Assembly (NCBI GenBank): GCA_016195325.1
Contig: JACPZX010000030.1
Span: 103,043-167,042 of the forward strand
Reading direction: 5' to 3'
From: Acidobacteriota bacterium
Lineage (GTDB): Bacteria > Acidobacteriota > Polarisedimenticolia > JACPZX01
Length of the DNA stretch: 64,000 nt
Shown: in pieces, positions 8,870 through 18,303 of the stretch
How positions within the stretch are numbered: the first letter of the stretch is position 1
Layout: each line of letters starts with the position of its first letter
The notes under the pieces: model-generated
Told to the model about the DNA's origin: nothing
Database searches by the model: none
Seen by the model: only the letters and a program-made list of their open reading frames with translations
Position numbers and translations under genes: made by a program

Positions 8870-10708
8870 TTACCCGACTCCCACCACCGACAGGACGTCG
8901 AGCGCTCCCTGCACCTTGCCGAACGGGGCGGAGACCTGCACCCCCTGCACGAGGCCGCGCACCTCCTCGAGCGTCTCGCGGGCGATGGCGGTCCCCTCCT
9001 CCTTCGCCTTCCCCTCGGCCTCGGCGCGCTGCATCCGCTCCATGACCGCGTCGGGGACGACGACGCCGGGGACCTCGTTGCGCATGAACTCGGCGTTCCG
9101 CAGGGAGGCGAGCGGCCAGATCCCCGCGATGATCGGGATCTCGTGGTCCTTCACCGCCGCGAGGAACTTCGTGAGCTGCGCGGTGTCGAAGACCGGCTGG
9201 GTGATCGCGAACTCGGCCCCCGCCTCGACCTTGTACTTGAACCGCTTCAGCTCGAAGTCCATGTCGACCGCCCCGGGGTTCGCGCCGACGCCGACGTGGT
9301 ACCCGGTGGGCTTGCCGATGGGGCTCCCGCCGAGGTCGAGGCCGTGGTTCAGGCGGGTGACCATGTTCGTCAGGCCGATGGCGTCGACGTCGAAGACGGC
9401 GGTGGCGTCGGGGTAGTCGCCGAGCTTGGGGGGATCGCCGGTGATGATCAATATGTTGCGCAGCCCCACGGCGTACATGCCGAGGAGATCCCCCTGCATG
9501 CCGATGAGGTTTCGATCGCGGCAGCAGTAGTGCAGGATCGACTCGATCCCCGCCTGCTGCTCCATCATGATGGCCAGGAACATCGCGCCCATGCGGGCCG
9601 CGGCGCGCGCGCCGTCGGGGACGTTGACGGCGTCGACCTTCTTCTCCCTGAGGAGCCTCCCGCTGTCGAGGACCTTCGCGGCCGAGATCCCTCTGGGCGG
9701 GTTCAGCTCCACCAGCGTGACGAAGGCGCCGTCGGCGATCTTCCGGGCCACGAGCGACTTCTCGCGCCGCGCGATCGGCTCGACGTCGAGGCGCTGCTCG
9801 CTCGGCACGAAGATCTGGACGTGACGCTGGGAGGGCCTCAGCATCCGCACCGACTTCACGATGGAGCGGATGTGGTCGGGGGTCGTCCCGCAGCAGCCCC
9901 CGACGATCTTCGCGCCGGCGACGATGAAGCGCTTCGCGTACGTCCCCATGTACTCGGGTGAGCAGAGGTACAGGTTGCGCCCGTCCACGTTGCGCGGCGT
10001 GCCGGCGTTCGGCTGCGCGACGAGCGGCTTTTCCGTCGCCCGGGCGATGCGCTCGACGGCCGCGAGCATCGCGTGCGGCCCGACCGAGCAGTTCACGCCG
10101 ACGACGTCGGCCCCCCACGCGTCGAGCCTCGAGGCGAAGACCTCCGGCTCGGTGCCGTACAGCGACGTGCCGTCCTCCTCCAGCGTCATCTGCGCGACGA
10201 TCGGCAGATCGCACAGCGATCGGATCGCGAGGATCGCCTGGTGCATCTCGTTCAGGTCCGACATCGTCTCGATGCTGAAAAGGTCGACGCCGCCGTCGAT
10301 GAGGCCGCGCGCCTGCTCGAGGAAGGCGGCGCGCGCCTCGTCGACCGAGGTCGGCCCCCAGGGCTCGATCTTGATCCCGAGCGGCCCGATGGAGCCGGCC
10401 ACGTAGCCGTCCTCGCCGGCGACGTCGCGGGCGACGTGGGCGCCGGCCCGGTTGATCTCGCGCGACTTCTCCGCGAAGCCGTGCGCGTTCAGCTTGATGG
10501 GGTTGGCGCCGAAGGTGTTCGTCTCGAGAACGTCGGCGCCGGCCTTCCGGTACGCGCGGTGGACGTCCCTCACGAGATCGGGATTGCTGAGGTTGAGCTC
10601 GTCGAAGCACCGGTTGATGAAGATGCCGCGCGCGTAGAGCTCGGTGCCCATCGCGCCGTCGAAGACGACGAGGGTGTCGGTGAGGGTGTCGCGGAAGGGT
10701 TTTCGCAT
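8870..10708 (-). CDS. yitJ: Bifunctional homocysteine S-methyltransferase / 5,10-methylenetetrahydrofolate reductase (YitJ-like).
   Basis: 612 aa, the same length as B. subtilis YitJ. N-terminal Hcy S-methyltransferase fold (GGCCGTTPDHI zinc site) and C-terminal MTHFR domain. Confidence 0.85.
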   Translation of the reverse strand: MRKPFRDTLTDTLVVFDGAMGTELYARGIFINRCFDELNLSNPDLVRDVHRAYRKAGADVLETNTFGANPIKLNAHGFAEKSREINRAGAHVARDVAGEDGYVAGSIGPLGIKIEPWGPTSVDEARAAFLEQARGLIDGGVDLFSIETMSDLNEMHQAILAIRSLCDLPIVAQMTLEEDGTSLYGTEPEVFASRLDAWGADVVGVNCSVGPHAMLAAVERIARATEKPLVAQPNAGTPRNVDGRNLYLCSPEYMGTYAKRFIVAGAKIVGGCCGTTPDHIRSIVKSVRMLRPSQRHVQIFVPSEQRLDVEPIARREKSLVARKIADGAFVTLVELNPPRGISAAKVLDSGRLLREKKVDAVNVPDGARAAARMGAMFLAIMMEQQAGIESILHYCCRDRNLIGMQGDLLGMYAVGLRNILIITGDPPKLGDYPDATAVFDVDAIGLTNMVTRLNHGLDLGGSPIGKPTGYHVGVGANPGAVDMDFELKRFKYKVEAGAEFAITQPVFDTAQLTKFLAAVKDHEIPIIAGIWPLASLRNAEFMRNEVPGVVVPDAVMERMQRAEAEGKAKEEGTAIARETLEEVRGLVQGVQVSAPFGKVQGALDVLSVVGVG

Positions 10709-10767
10709 GGGGTCCGGGGAGTATAATGACGCGCCCTGTGGCGCTTCAACTTCTCACACGGTGAGCC

Positions 10768-11694
10768 ATGCCGCGCAACGTCGTCCTCCCGCGCCCTTTC
10801 CTGAAATGGGCCGGGGGCAAGACCCAGCTTCTCGACCGGTTCGAGCCCCTCTACCCGCGCGGCCCGATCTCGCGGTACGTCGAGCCGTTCGTCGGGAGCG
10901 GGGCGGTCTTCTTTCACGTCGCCCGGACGCTCCGCCCCGGCAGCATCGTTCTCGCGGATGGGAACGAGGAGCTCATCAACGCCTACGAGGTGATCCAGCG
11001 GGACGTCGAGCGGCTGATCCGGGCGCTCGCGAAGCACAAGCGGGATCACGGCGAGGATCACTACTACGAAGTGCGGGAGCAGTCCCCCTCGGCGCTCGGC
11101 ACCGTGGCCCGGGCGGCCCGCCTCATCTATCTCAACAAGACGTGCTTCAACGGACTCTACCGCGTGAACAGCCGGGGAGAGTTCAACGTGCCGATGGGCC
11201 GCTACACCGATCCGCCGATTCTCGACGAGCCCAACCTGCGCGCCGTGGCCCGAGCGCTCTCCGGGGTCACCCTGAAGGTCGCCCATTTTCGAGAGACCGT
11301 GACCTACGCGAAGAAGGGGGATTTCATCTACTTCGATCCACCCTACGACCCGGTCTCCGCCACGGCGTACTTCACGGCCTACGCCGTCAACGGCCAGCGG
11401 AGTCACTTCTCGATCGCCGATCAGGAGGAGCTGGCGAGCGTCGGCGCGACCCTGGCCGCGCGCGGGTGCCGGGTGATGCTGAGCAACAGCGACACGCCGC
11501 GCATCAGGAAAATCTACGGCTCCGGATCGCGGTGGCGCACCGTCCCGATCACGGCGCGGCGCAACATCAACTCGAGGGCGGACAGGCGGGGCTCGGTCCG
11601 GGAGCTGGTGATCCTCGGCTACGACACCCAGGTGATGGAACAAAGGCCGCTCAGCCGCGCGCGTCGATCGGCGGCCACCGGGCGCCCGGCGTAG
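10768..11694 (+). CDS. dam: DNA adenine methyltransferase (Dam / D12-class N6-adenine MTase).
   Basis: Motif I FLKWAGGK and motif IV FDPPY. 308 aa. Confidence 0.85.
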   Translation: MPRNVVLPRPFLKWAGGKTQLLDRFEPLYPRGPISRYVEPFVGSGAVFFHVARTLRPGSIVLADGNEELINAYEVIQRDVERLIRALAKHKRDHGEDHYYEVREQSPSALGTVARAARLIYLNKTCFNGLYRVNSRGEFNVPMGRYTDPPILDEPNLRAVARALSGVTLKVAHFRETVTYAKKGDFIYFDPPYDPVSATAYFTAYAVNGQRSHFSIADQEELASVGATLAARGCRVMLSNSDTPRIRKIYGSGSRWRTVPITARRNINSRADRRGSVRELVILGYDTQVMEQRPLSRARRSAATGRPA

Positions 11695-11703
11695 GAGTTC
11701 GGG

Positions 11704-12096
11704 ATGGCGGGGACGAGGACGGCGCTCAAGCACGCCGCGGAGCTGCAGTCGGCCGTCGTCGAGCTCGCGCGCCGGCTGGAGCTCGACGTCCGCGAGGAGG
11801 TGCGTGTCGGGCGGCGGCTCTGGGGCAGCGAGCGGAAGATCGATGTCGTCGTGACGCAGAGGGAGAGCCGCCGCAGCCTCGGGCTCGAGTGCAAGTTCCA
11901 GGCGGTCGGCGGCTCCGCGGAGGAGAAGATCCCCTCGACGATCGCCGACATCGGCGCATGGCCCATCCCCGGACTGGTCGTCTTCTCGGGGGACGGCTTC
12001 TCGTCGAACATGCGCTCGTACCTGGTCTCCACCGGGAAGGCCGTCGATCTCGAAGACCTCGAGTCCTGGCTTCGGCTCTTCTTCGGAATCGACTGA
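11704..12096 (+). CDS. Small PD-(D/E)XK-fold nuclease-like protein, a candidate restriction-endonuclease partner of the Dam-like MTase.
   Basis: 130 aa, beginning 9 nt after the dam stop. Putative catalytic core ...RKIDVVV...LGLECKFQ (D ... E-x-K). No other recognisable family assignment could be made from sequence alone. Confidence 0.45.
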   Translation: MAGTRTALKHAAELQSAVVELARRLELDVREEVRVGRRLWGSERKIDVVVTQRESRRSLGLECKFQAVGGSAEEKIPSTIADIGAWPIPGLVVFSGDGFSSNMRSYLVSTGKAVDLEDLESWLRLFFGID

Positions 12097-12112
12097 CGGG
12101 AGGTTGACGAGG

Positions 12113-12460
12113 ATGCCCACCATCGACTGGCGGTATCACCGGAACGGGTGAGTGAGCTGCGGCAGGACGCAGGAGTTTCTTGCGAAGAGGAAGATCGAGT
12201 CGAGGGAGCTTCGGGACGCGAAGAAGCAGACCATCGGCGGGAGCGAGGCGCTGAAGCTCGTGCTCGAGATGGACGAGATCTACGTCGCGAAGGGATCCAA
12301 GCTCGTGCACATCGACGTGAAGAAGGATCGGCCGGACGCGGCCACGTTGAAGGCGCTGGTCATCGGCCCCACGGGCAACCTCCGCGCGCCGTGCGTGAGG
12401 ATCGGGAGGACGATGCTCATCGGCTTCAGCGAGGAGGCGTACCTCAAGGTGCTTGCCTGA
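12113..12460 (+). CDS. ArsC/Spx/YffB-family thioredoxin-fold protein with an in-frame TGA at 12149..12151. Either a candidate selenoprotein with a U-x-x-C motif or a disrupted gene.
   Basis: ATG at 12113 is preceded by GGGAGG and reads MPTIDWRYHRNG-TGA-VSCGRTQEFLAKRK... in a single frame. The C-terminus (PCVRIGRTMLIGFSEEAYLKVL) matches the YffB/ArsC C-terminus ([22 protein letters not shown]). The TGA sits where the family has its redox Cys (Spx SPSC-TSC-RKARAWLE vs RNG-U-VSC-GRTQEFLAK). A hairpin (CGCAGG-AGUUU-CUUGCG) begins 17 nt downstream of the TGA. Track ORF 12152..12460 (GTG start, no RBS) is the conservative alternative. Confidence 0.45.
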
Positions 12461-12487
12461 GGTTTCGGTCCGCCATACCTTGAGCCC

Positions 12488-13204
12488 GTGCGACGAGGAG
12501 CGACGATGAGGCGAGATGTTGCGACATTCGGGATATTCCGCGCCGTCGGCATCCTCGCGATCGCGGGTCTCGCCGCCGGCGCCGCCCGCGCCGACCAGGG
12601 CGAGCCCCCCACCTCGGGCGCCGGCGAGAGGTACTTCTACAACCGGACCGTCGGCCCCGGGAAGGTTGCCTGCGCGGACTGCCACACGATCGAAGACCCC
12701 GCGAAGGGGGCGATGGACGACCTCGTCCGCGCCGGCCACTCCCTCTTCGACGCCTTCGCGCGCGGCTCGTGGTGGAACGGCCACGTGACGACCGACTCCG
12801 GAGAGGCGGCCGAGGTCTGCCACCACCGCTTCCAGGGAGGCGAGGAGATCGACAGCCGATCGCGGACCAGCCTCGTCATGCTCATGAAGGACCACTCGAC
12901 CCCCGTCTCGAGCCCCATCACGGTGCTGCGCGTGCCGCCGGGCCGGACGCCGGTCAACTCCGGGGACGCCGCCAGGGGGAAGGATCTCTTCCGGCGGGCC
13001 TGCGCCGTCTGCCACGAGGCGACCGGCCCGAACGGCGGCGGGAGCCTCGCGGCGTCGTCGAAGACGCCGCGGGAGATCGCCGACGTCGTTCGAACGGGGC
13101 AGGGACGGATGCCTCTCTTCCAGGGCGACGTCCTGTCGGACGACCAGGTGGCCGACATCGCCGCGTACGCCTTCTCCCTCCAGCCCCCCGCGAAACAGCC
13201 GTAG
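12488..13204 (+). CDS. Dihaem c-type cytochrome (secreted).
   Basis: Signal peptide and two CXXCH haem-binding motifs (CADCH, CAVCH). Confidence 0.75.
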   Translation: MRRGATMRRDVATFGIFRAVGILAIAGLAAGAARADQGEPPTSGAGERYFYNRTVGPGKVACADCHTIEDPAKGAMDDLVRAGHSLFDAFARGSWWNGHVTTDSGEAAEVCHHRFQGGEEIDSRSRTSLVMLMKDHSTPVSSPITVLRVPPGRTPVNSGDAARGKDLFRRACAVCHEATGPNGGGSLAASSKTPREIADVVRTGQGRMPLFQGDVLSDDQVADIAAYAFSLQPPAKQP

Positions 13205-13262
13205 TCCGGTAAGTCCGGACGATCGGTGTTGTCCTGACACCCTTCTCGCGGTAGTTTTCGCC

Positions 13263-14915
13263 GTGCCGTGGGGGGGAGTTGTGCCCCGACGGCGATCGAA
13301 CTCCCCGCTCACGGAAGCGCCCTTGAGAGAAAACCCAGGTTCCAGCGCGCCCCCGTCTCGCCTTCGGGACTGGATTCCCGTCCTCCTGACGGGGCTGGCG
13401 CTCCTCCATCCGGAGGTCGGCTTCGGCGCGTCGTGCACCGGGATCTCGCCGGCGTCCTCGGCGCAGCTGGACGCCGTCGTGATCGCGACGGGGCTCCCCC
13501 GCCCGCTCTTCGTGACGTCCATCCCGGGCGACAACTCGCGGATTTTCGTCCTCGAGCAGGGAGGGCGGATCCGCGTCCTGCGGGGGGCGTCGCTCCTCCC
13601 CACACCGTTTCTCGACATCACGTCGATCACGGCCTCTCCGGACAACGGAGGCTTTGGAGAGCAGGGCCTGCTCGGGCTCGCCTTCGATCCGGCCTACGCG
13701 ACCAACGGCTGGTTCTACGTGTACTACACGCCCATCTCGGGCGGGCGCAACATCGTGGCCCGCTACACGCGATCGGCCCTCGACCCGGACATCGCGGACC
13801 CGAACAGCGGCGTCGAGGTGCTCTCGATCACCCACCCGGGCGGCTTTCACAACGCCGGCATGCTGGCCTTCGGGCCCGCCGACGGATTGCTCTACGTCGG
13901 CGTCGGCGACGGCGGGGATTACTGCGATCGGGTCGGCAACGCGCAGAACGGCGCCACCGACATGGGGAAGATCCTGAGGGTGGACGCGCGCCACGTCCCC
14001 GCGACGATCCCTCCGTCGAACCCCTTCGTCGGCCCCGACGGCGTGAACGACGAGATCTGGGCCCTGGGGCTTCGGAACCCGTGGCGGTTCTCCTTCGACC
14101 CGCTGACCTTCGACCTCTACCTCGGCGACGTCGGACAGGCCTCCCGCGAGGAGATCGATTTCCGGCCGGCCGGGAGCCCCGGAGGTGAGAACTACGGCTG
14201 GAACAGCTACGAGGGATCGGTGTGCCCGAACCCATCCTGCGGGAGCGCCAGCTGCTCCGTGCCGTCGTACGAGCCCCCGGTGCTCGACTACGATCACACG
14301 AACGGCTGTGCCGTCGTCGCGGGGTACGTCTACCGCGGATGCCGCATGCCGGATCTCGCCGGCACATTCTTCTACGGGGACCTCTGCTCCGCCTTCGTCC
14401 GCACGTTTCAGATCTCGGGAGGGACGGCGGTGAACCTCCGCGATCGGACGGCGGAGCTCGTCCCCAACGGGGGCGCTCCCATCGCGTGGATCACGTCGTT
14501 CGGCACAGACGCCCGCGGAGAGATCTACGTCGTCGACGGCGGCCTCGGGAACGGCAACATCGGGACGATCTACAAGATCGTCCCGGCACTCCCGGAGATC
14601 GAGGTCTCCGGGGTCGGCGCCAAACAGCTCTCCGTGAGCGCGTCCGGTTGGTCCTGGGAGAACGTGACCGCGATGTCGTCGCAGCCGATCTCGGAGTACC
14701 GCGTGTACCGGGCGAGCGCGCCTTCAGGACCGTTCGAGTGCGTCCACGCGGGCACGGAGTTCAGCTGGGCCGGCGGCGACTCCGCCGCACCCGCGCCCGG
14801 GCACGCGTTCTACTACGTCGTGATCGGGGTCAACGCATCGGGGGAGGAGACGAACTCGGGGTGGGGAACGAACGGCAGCCCGCGGTCTCTCTCGGGCGCC
14901 GCCTGCCCTCCTTGA
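13263..14915 (+). CDS. PQQ-dependent soluble sugar dehydrogenase (glucose/sorbosone dehydrogenase family beta-propeller) with a C-terminal extra domain.
   Basis: Motifs GLLGLAFDP, HNAGMLAFGPDGLLYVGVGDGG, GLRNPWRFSFDP. The exact start is uncertain: a hydrophobic signal-like stretch (WIPVLLTGLALLHP) sits about 35 aa after the first ATG. Confidence 0.8.
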   Translation: MPWGGVVPRRRSNSPLTEAPLRENPGSSAPPSRLRDWIPVLLTGLALLHPEVGFGASCTGISPASSAQLDAVVIATGLPRPLFVTSIPGDNSRIFVLEQGGRIRVLRGASLLPTPFLDITSITASPDNGGFGEQGLLGLAFDPAYATNGWFYVYYTPISGGRNIVARYTRSALDPDIADPNSGVEVLSITHPGGFHNAGMLAFGPADGLLYVGVGDGGDYCDRVGNAQNGATDMGKILRVDARHVPATIPPSNPFVGPDGVNDEIWALGLRNPWRFSFDPLTFDLYLGDVGQASREEIDFRPAGSPGGENYGWNSYEGSVCPNPSCGSASCSVPSYEPPVLDYDHTNGCAVVAGYVYRGCRMPDLAGTFFYGDLCSAFVRTFQISGGTAVNLRDRTAELVPNGGAPIAWITSFGTDARGEIYVVDGGLGNGNIGTIYKIVPALPEIEVSGVGAKQLSVSASGWSWENVTAMSSQPISEYRVYRASAPSGPFECVHAGTEFSWAGGDSAAPAPGHAFYYVVIGVNASGEETNSGWGTNGSPRSLSGAACPP

Positions 14916-14937
14916 CGCGCGTCACCGACCTCTTCGC

Positions 14938-16002
14938 TCATCGAGCCCGGTCGAGCCAGCTCCGGGCGAGCCGCAGCTGGGCGGCCTGGCCTCCGGTGCG
15001 GATCAGCACCCGCGTGAACAGAAAACCCTGGAACGCGATCATCCCCGCGATCGCCGCGACGGGCGACCAGTACGCGAGCGCGCGATCGATCGGGATGAAG
15101 GCGAGCACGGCGCCGATTTGAAGAACGAGGCATCCCAGCTCGATCCCGAAGAAGGCCCCCGGCCGTGCCCGCGCGAGCGCCACGGGAAGGCCGAGCAGCT
15201 CGCGCAGGGACGCCCCGGGGCGCAGCACCGCGTGGGCCCGCGCGTACTCGAAGACCACCGAGACCATCTGGAAGCAGCCGGCGAAGGCAAGAGCCCGCGC
15301 GATCGTGAGCGCGACGCCGAGCCGCTCGTCGGCGACCCCCTCGAGCAGGGTGTCGAGGAGCGACACCGCGAGGACGTTGAGCAGCTGGTGGATCAGCCAG
15401 TACAGGGGCAGCGAGAGGGAGAGGAGGAGAACGAACCGAGCGAAGTGCCGGGCCGACTCGCGCAGGAAGCTCTGCACGGAGAGCGGTCCCGGGGAGGCCG
15501 AGCGCCATTCGGGGGTGGCGCCGCGGTAGAAGGGATCCGGGAGCGGCTCGAAGGAGAGCGCCGGGTGGGGCCCGATCTTCAGCGCCTCGAGGAGGCCGCC
15601 CGCGAAGAACGCCGACGTCACGGCCATGAGGATCCCCGCCGCGCTCAGCATCCCCGCGCTCGCTCCGAAGAGGGCCGACTCGGAGACGCCGAGATCCGTC
15701 CACCACCGGTAATCGAACTCGCGCCCGATGCGGGAGGCATCGGGCTGATGGCTGAGCGAGGCGTCGATCGCCCCGTAGAGGGGGAAGAGAATCAGCGCGG
15801 CGAGCGCGAGGTTGGCGATCGCGATGAGGAGGATGTTGCGGCGCACCGCCCATCCCGCGCGCAGGCCGCCGCGGAGGGCCGCGACGGCGGTCAGCCCCTC
15901 ATCCGTCGGGGCCGCCGGCGGACGGGCGGCCCCGGGCGTGGCAGGCGGCGGCGACTTGAGGATCGGGAGCGACGGGGCGCCCGGGGTCGTCACGTCACTC
16001 AT
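14938..16002 (-). CDS. Polytopic inner-membrane protein of unknown function.
   Basis: 354 aa ORF with multiple hydrophobic helices. Its start lies 4 nt after the stop of the upstream M1 peptidase gene on the same strand. Confidence 0.5.
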   Translation of the reverse strand: MSDVTTPGAPSLPILKSPPPATPGAARPPAAPTDEGLTAVAALRGGLRAGWAVRRNILLIAIANLALAALILFPLYGAIDASLSHQPDASRIGREFDYRWWTDLGVSESALFGASAGMLSAAGILMAVTSAFFAGGLLEALKIGPHPALSFEPLPDPFYRGATPEWRSASPGPLSVQSFLRESARHFARFVLLLSLSLPLYWLIHQLLNVLAVSLLDTLLEGVADERLGVALTIARALAFAGCFQMVSVVFEYARAHAVLRPGASLRELLGLPVALARARPGAFFGIELGCLVLQIGAVLAFIPIDRALAYWSPVAAIAGMIAFQGFLFTRVLIRTGGQAAQLRLARSWLDRAR

Positions 16003-16005
16003 GCG

Positions 16006-18303
16006 TCACGCCATCCCGGAGTAGAAGTAGAGGACCGACTGGCCCCACGAGACGAGCCGCGTCCACCACTTGAGGGCCGGCCAGGGGTCGCCCTTCACGG
16101 TTCGCGCGTTGTTGTTGAAGTCGGCGTCGAGCGCGACGGCGGCGTCGGGATCGATCCGCACGGAGACGAGGGCCTCGGGACCCGCCTCGGAGACCTTCAG
16201 CCAGCGGTAGGAGCCATCCCACACGCGCGTCTCGGTCTTCCCCGAGGCGAAGGTGAGCTGGTACCGGACGGGAACGCGCACGTCCCCGAGACGCCTCAGG
16301 ACGAACTCGTTCCGGAACCCATCGGCGGACGGCGCGGCGGACCGCGCCTCGCCGATCGAGACGGTTTTCCTCGACGCGGGCGGACCGAAGACTCCGGCCC
16401 CGGCTTTCGGCCGCTCGCTCGAGACCGACGCCACCGCGTAGTCGAGCACGCCGCTGCCGTGCACGGTCTGGTCGAAGTACGCCGAGAGATCGGTTCCCGA
16501 CACCTCGCTCGCCGTCCTCAGGAAGTCGGCGGTCGACGGGTGCCTGAACCGGAAGCGCTCGTGGTAGATCCTCATGACGCGGGCGACGGTGTCGGGGCCG
16601 AGGATCGCCTCGAGAGTCCTGAGCGTGAGGGCCGTCTTCGAGTAGGAGTTGTTGGCGTACGATTCCTCGTCGAGGAACTCCCATGCGTTGCGCACGAGCT
16701 CGTCCTTCGTCGGCCCTCCCTTGAGATACCGCATGCGCCGCTCGAGCGGATCGCGCACGGCGACGTCGCCGGGGGAGTGGACGAGCGGCAGATCGCGGAA
16801 GGCGTTCAGCAGGGAATCGTTCGAGGCTCCCGTGAAGCGAAGGCCCAGGAACCGGGTCACCGGATCCCCTTCCGGACCGGGGTTCCGCGAGGAGGGATCC
16901 GGGTCCTTCGGCAGATCGAGCAGCGCCATCCTCACCAGCGGGACTCCCGCGACCTCGACGATCTCGTGGTTCGGGCCGAAGACCTTCTCCATCACCTTGC
17001 CGGTGGAGTAGGTGTTGAACCCCTCGTCGAGCCACGCCTCCTCGAACTCGTTGTTGGCGACCATCGCGTACCAGAACTGGTGGCCGAACTCGTGGACCGT
17101 CACCCCCTCGGGGGACTGGCGCCCCGTGGGCGCGAGGTAGCTCGCGCCGGCGGTGATGAAGGTCGGGTACTCCATTCCCCCGGCGCCGCGGGCCCCGTAC
17201 GCGGGGTCGACGACGGTGAGCGTCCGGTACGGGTAGCGCCCGTACCAGTACCCGAAGTACTTGATCCCGGCGAAGGCGGCCTTGAAGTGCCGATCGACGA
17301 GCGCGGCGTGCTCGGGCTGCGCGAGGAGCGTCACCTCGACGTCGCTGAGCCGCAGATCCTCCGGGACGCCGGAGAGATCCGACGCCCCCGCCGGGGGAAT
17401 CGCGCGCGCGTCGAGGCCGAGAATGCGGGCCATCCGCCTCTCCTCCCCGGGGTCGCGCTCGGCGGCGTACCGGAACGTGCGCGTCACCTTCAGGTACCGC
17501 GGCTCAGCTGTCCACGCGAAGTCGTGGATGTCCGTCTCCGCGAAATGGTACGTCGTCGTGTCCCCCGCCACCCGCGGGCTCTCCGTCTCTTTGCCTGTCG
17601 CACCGACGACGAACGGCGACGGGACCGTCAGCGTCACGTCGAACGAGCCGAAATCCGCGTAGAACTCGCCCGAGGCGTGGAACTGGTGGCAGTTCCATCC
17701 GGAGGCGACGCGCCCCCGGAACCCCGCCGGCTCGTAAACCCCCAGCTTCGGGAACCACTGCCCCACGAGATAGAAGTCGCCCTTGTACCCGGTGCGGGCG
17801 AAGACGCGCGGAAGGCGCGAGTCGAACGCCGCCTCGAACGTCACCTCGCCCCCCGGCGGCACCGGCGCGGGAAGCGGCACGATGAGGACCGTCTCATCCT
17901 CGGCGTTCTCGTCGTCGGGGTGGATGAAAGCCGCGCCGGCGAGGAGATCGGCGCCCGACGCGAGCTTCAGCGACGTCAGATCGATGAAGCCCCAGCCGCC
18001 GTCGCGCGCGCGGAAGCCGCGGTGGCGCCCCTTCGACTCCTTCATGAACGTGCTGCGCTCGTTCTTGAAGGCGTTCAGGTAGAGGTGAAGACGGAGATCG
18101 CCCACGCTCTCCGCGGAGAGGTTGCGCCACGTGACCGACTCGCGGCCGTGGACCGTCCGGCTCGGGTGATCGAGCGACGCCTCGATGCGGTACGAGACCA
18201 CGCGCTCGCTCGACCGCGGCAGCGCGGCGCGGGCGGAGGAGATGGTGCCCACGAGAGCAGCCGTGAGCGCGAGCAGGCCGGCGATGACGTTGCGAGGTGT
18301 CAC
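16006..18303 (-). CDS. Secreted M1-family zinc metallopeptidase (aminopeptidase N-like).
   Basis: Signal peptide MTPRNVIAGLLALTAALVGTISSARA. GGMEY (GAMEN-like) followed by HEFGHQFWYAMVANNEFEEAWLDEGFNTY (HEXXH-X18-E). Confidence 0.8.
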   Translation of the reverse strand: MTPRNVIAGLLALTAALVGTISSARAALPRSSERVVSYRIEASLDHPSRTVHGRESVTWRNLSAESVGDLRLHLYLNAFKNERSTFMKESKGRHRGFRARDGGWGFIDLTSLKLASGADLLAGAAFIHPDDENAEDETVLIVPLPAPVPPGGEVTFEAAFDSRLPRVFARTGYKGDFYLVGQWFPKLGVYEPAGFRGRVASGWNCHQFHASGEFYADFGSFDVTLTVPSPFVVGATGKETESPRVAGDTTTYHFAETDIHDFAWTAEPRYLKVTRTFRYAAERDPGEERRMARILGLDARAIPPAGASDLSGVPEDLRLSDVEVTLLAQPEHAALVDRHFKAAFAGIKYFGYWYGRYPYRTLTVVDPAYGARGAGGMEYPTFITAGASYLAPTGRQSPEGVTVHEFGHQFWYAMVANNEFEEAWLDEGFNTYSTGKVMEKVFGPNHEIVEVAGVPLVRMALLDLPKDPDPSSRNPGPEGDPVTRFLGLRFTGASNDSLLNAFRDLPLVHSPGDVAVRDPLERRMRYLKGGPTKDELVRNAWEFLDEESYANNSYSKTALTLRTLEAILGPDTVARVMRIYHERFRFRHPSTADFLRTASEVSGTDLSAYFDQTVHGSGVLDYAVASVSSERPKAGAGVFGPPASRKTVSIGEARSAAPSADGFRNEFVLRRLGDVRVPVRYQLTFASGKTETRVWDGSYRWLKVSEAGPEALVSVRIDPDAAVALDADFNNNARTVKGDPWPALKWWTRLVSWGQSVLYFYSGMA

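Noticed and set aside
8409-10610. 733-aa minus-strand ORF, and the 8618..9961 plus-strand ORF, overlapping yitJ
   Set aside because: Low-complexity R/G/P/D-rich products. The yitJ frame (8870..10708) matches a known 612-aa bifunctional enzyme end to end.
12148-12483. 111-aa plus-strand ORF (MSELRQDAGVSCEEEDR...) overlapping the ArsC-like gene
   Set aside because: It is in a different frame from the ArsC/YffB-homologous translation, is acidic and Arg-rich, and has no homology.
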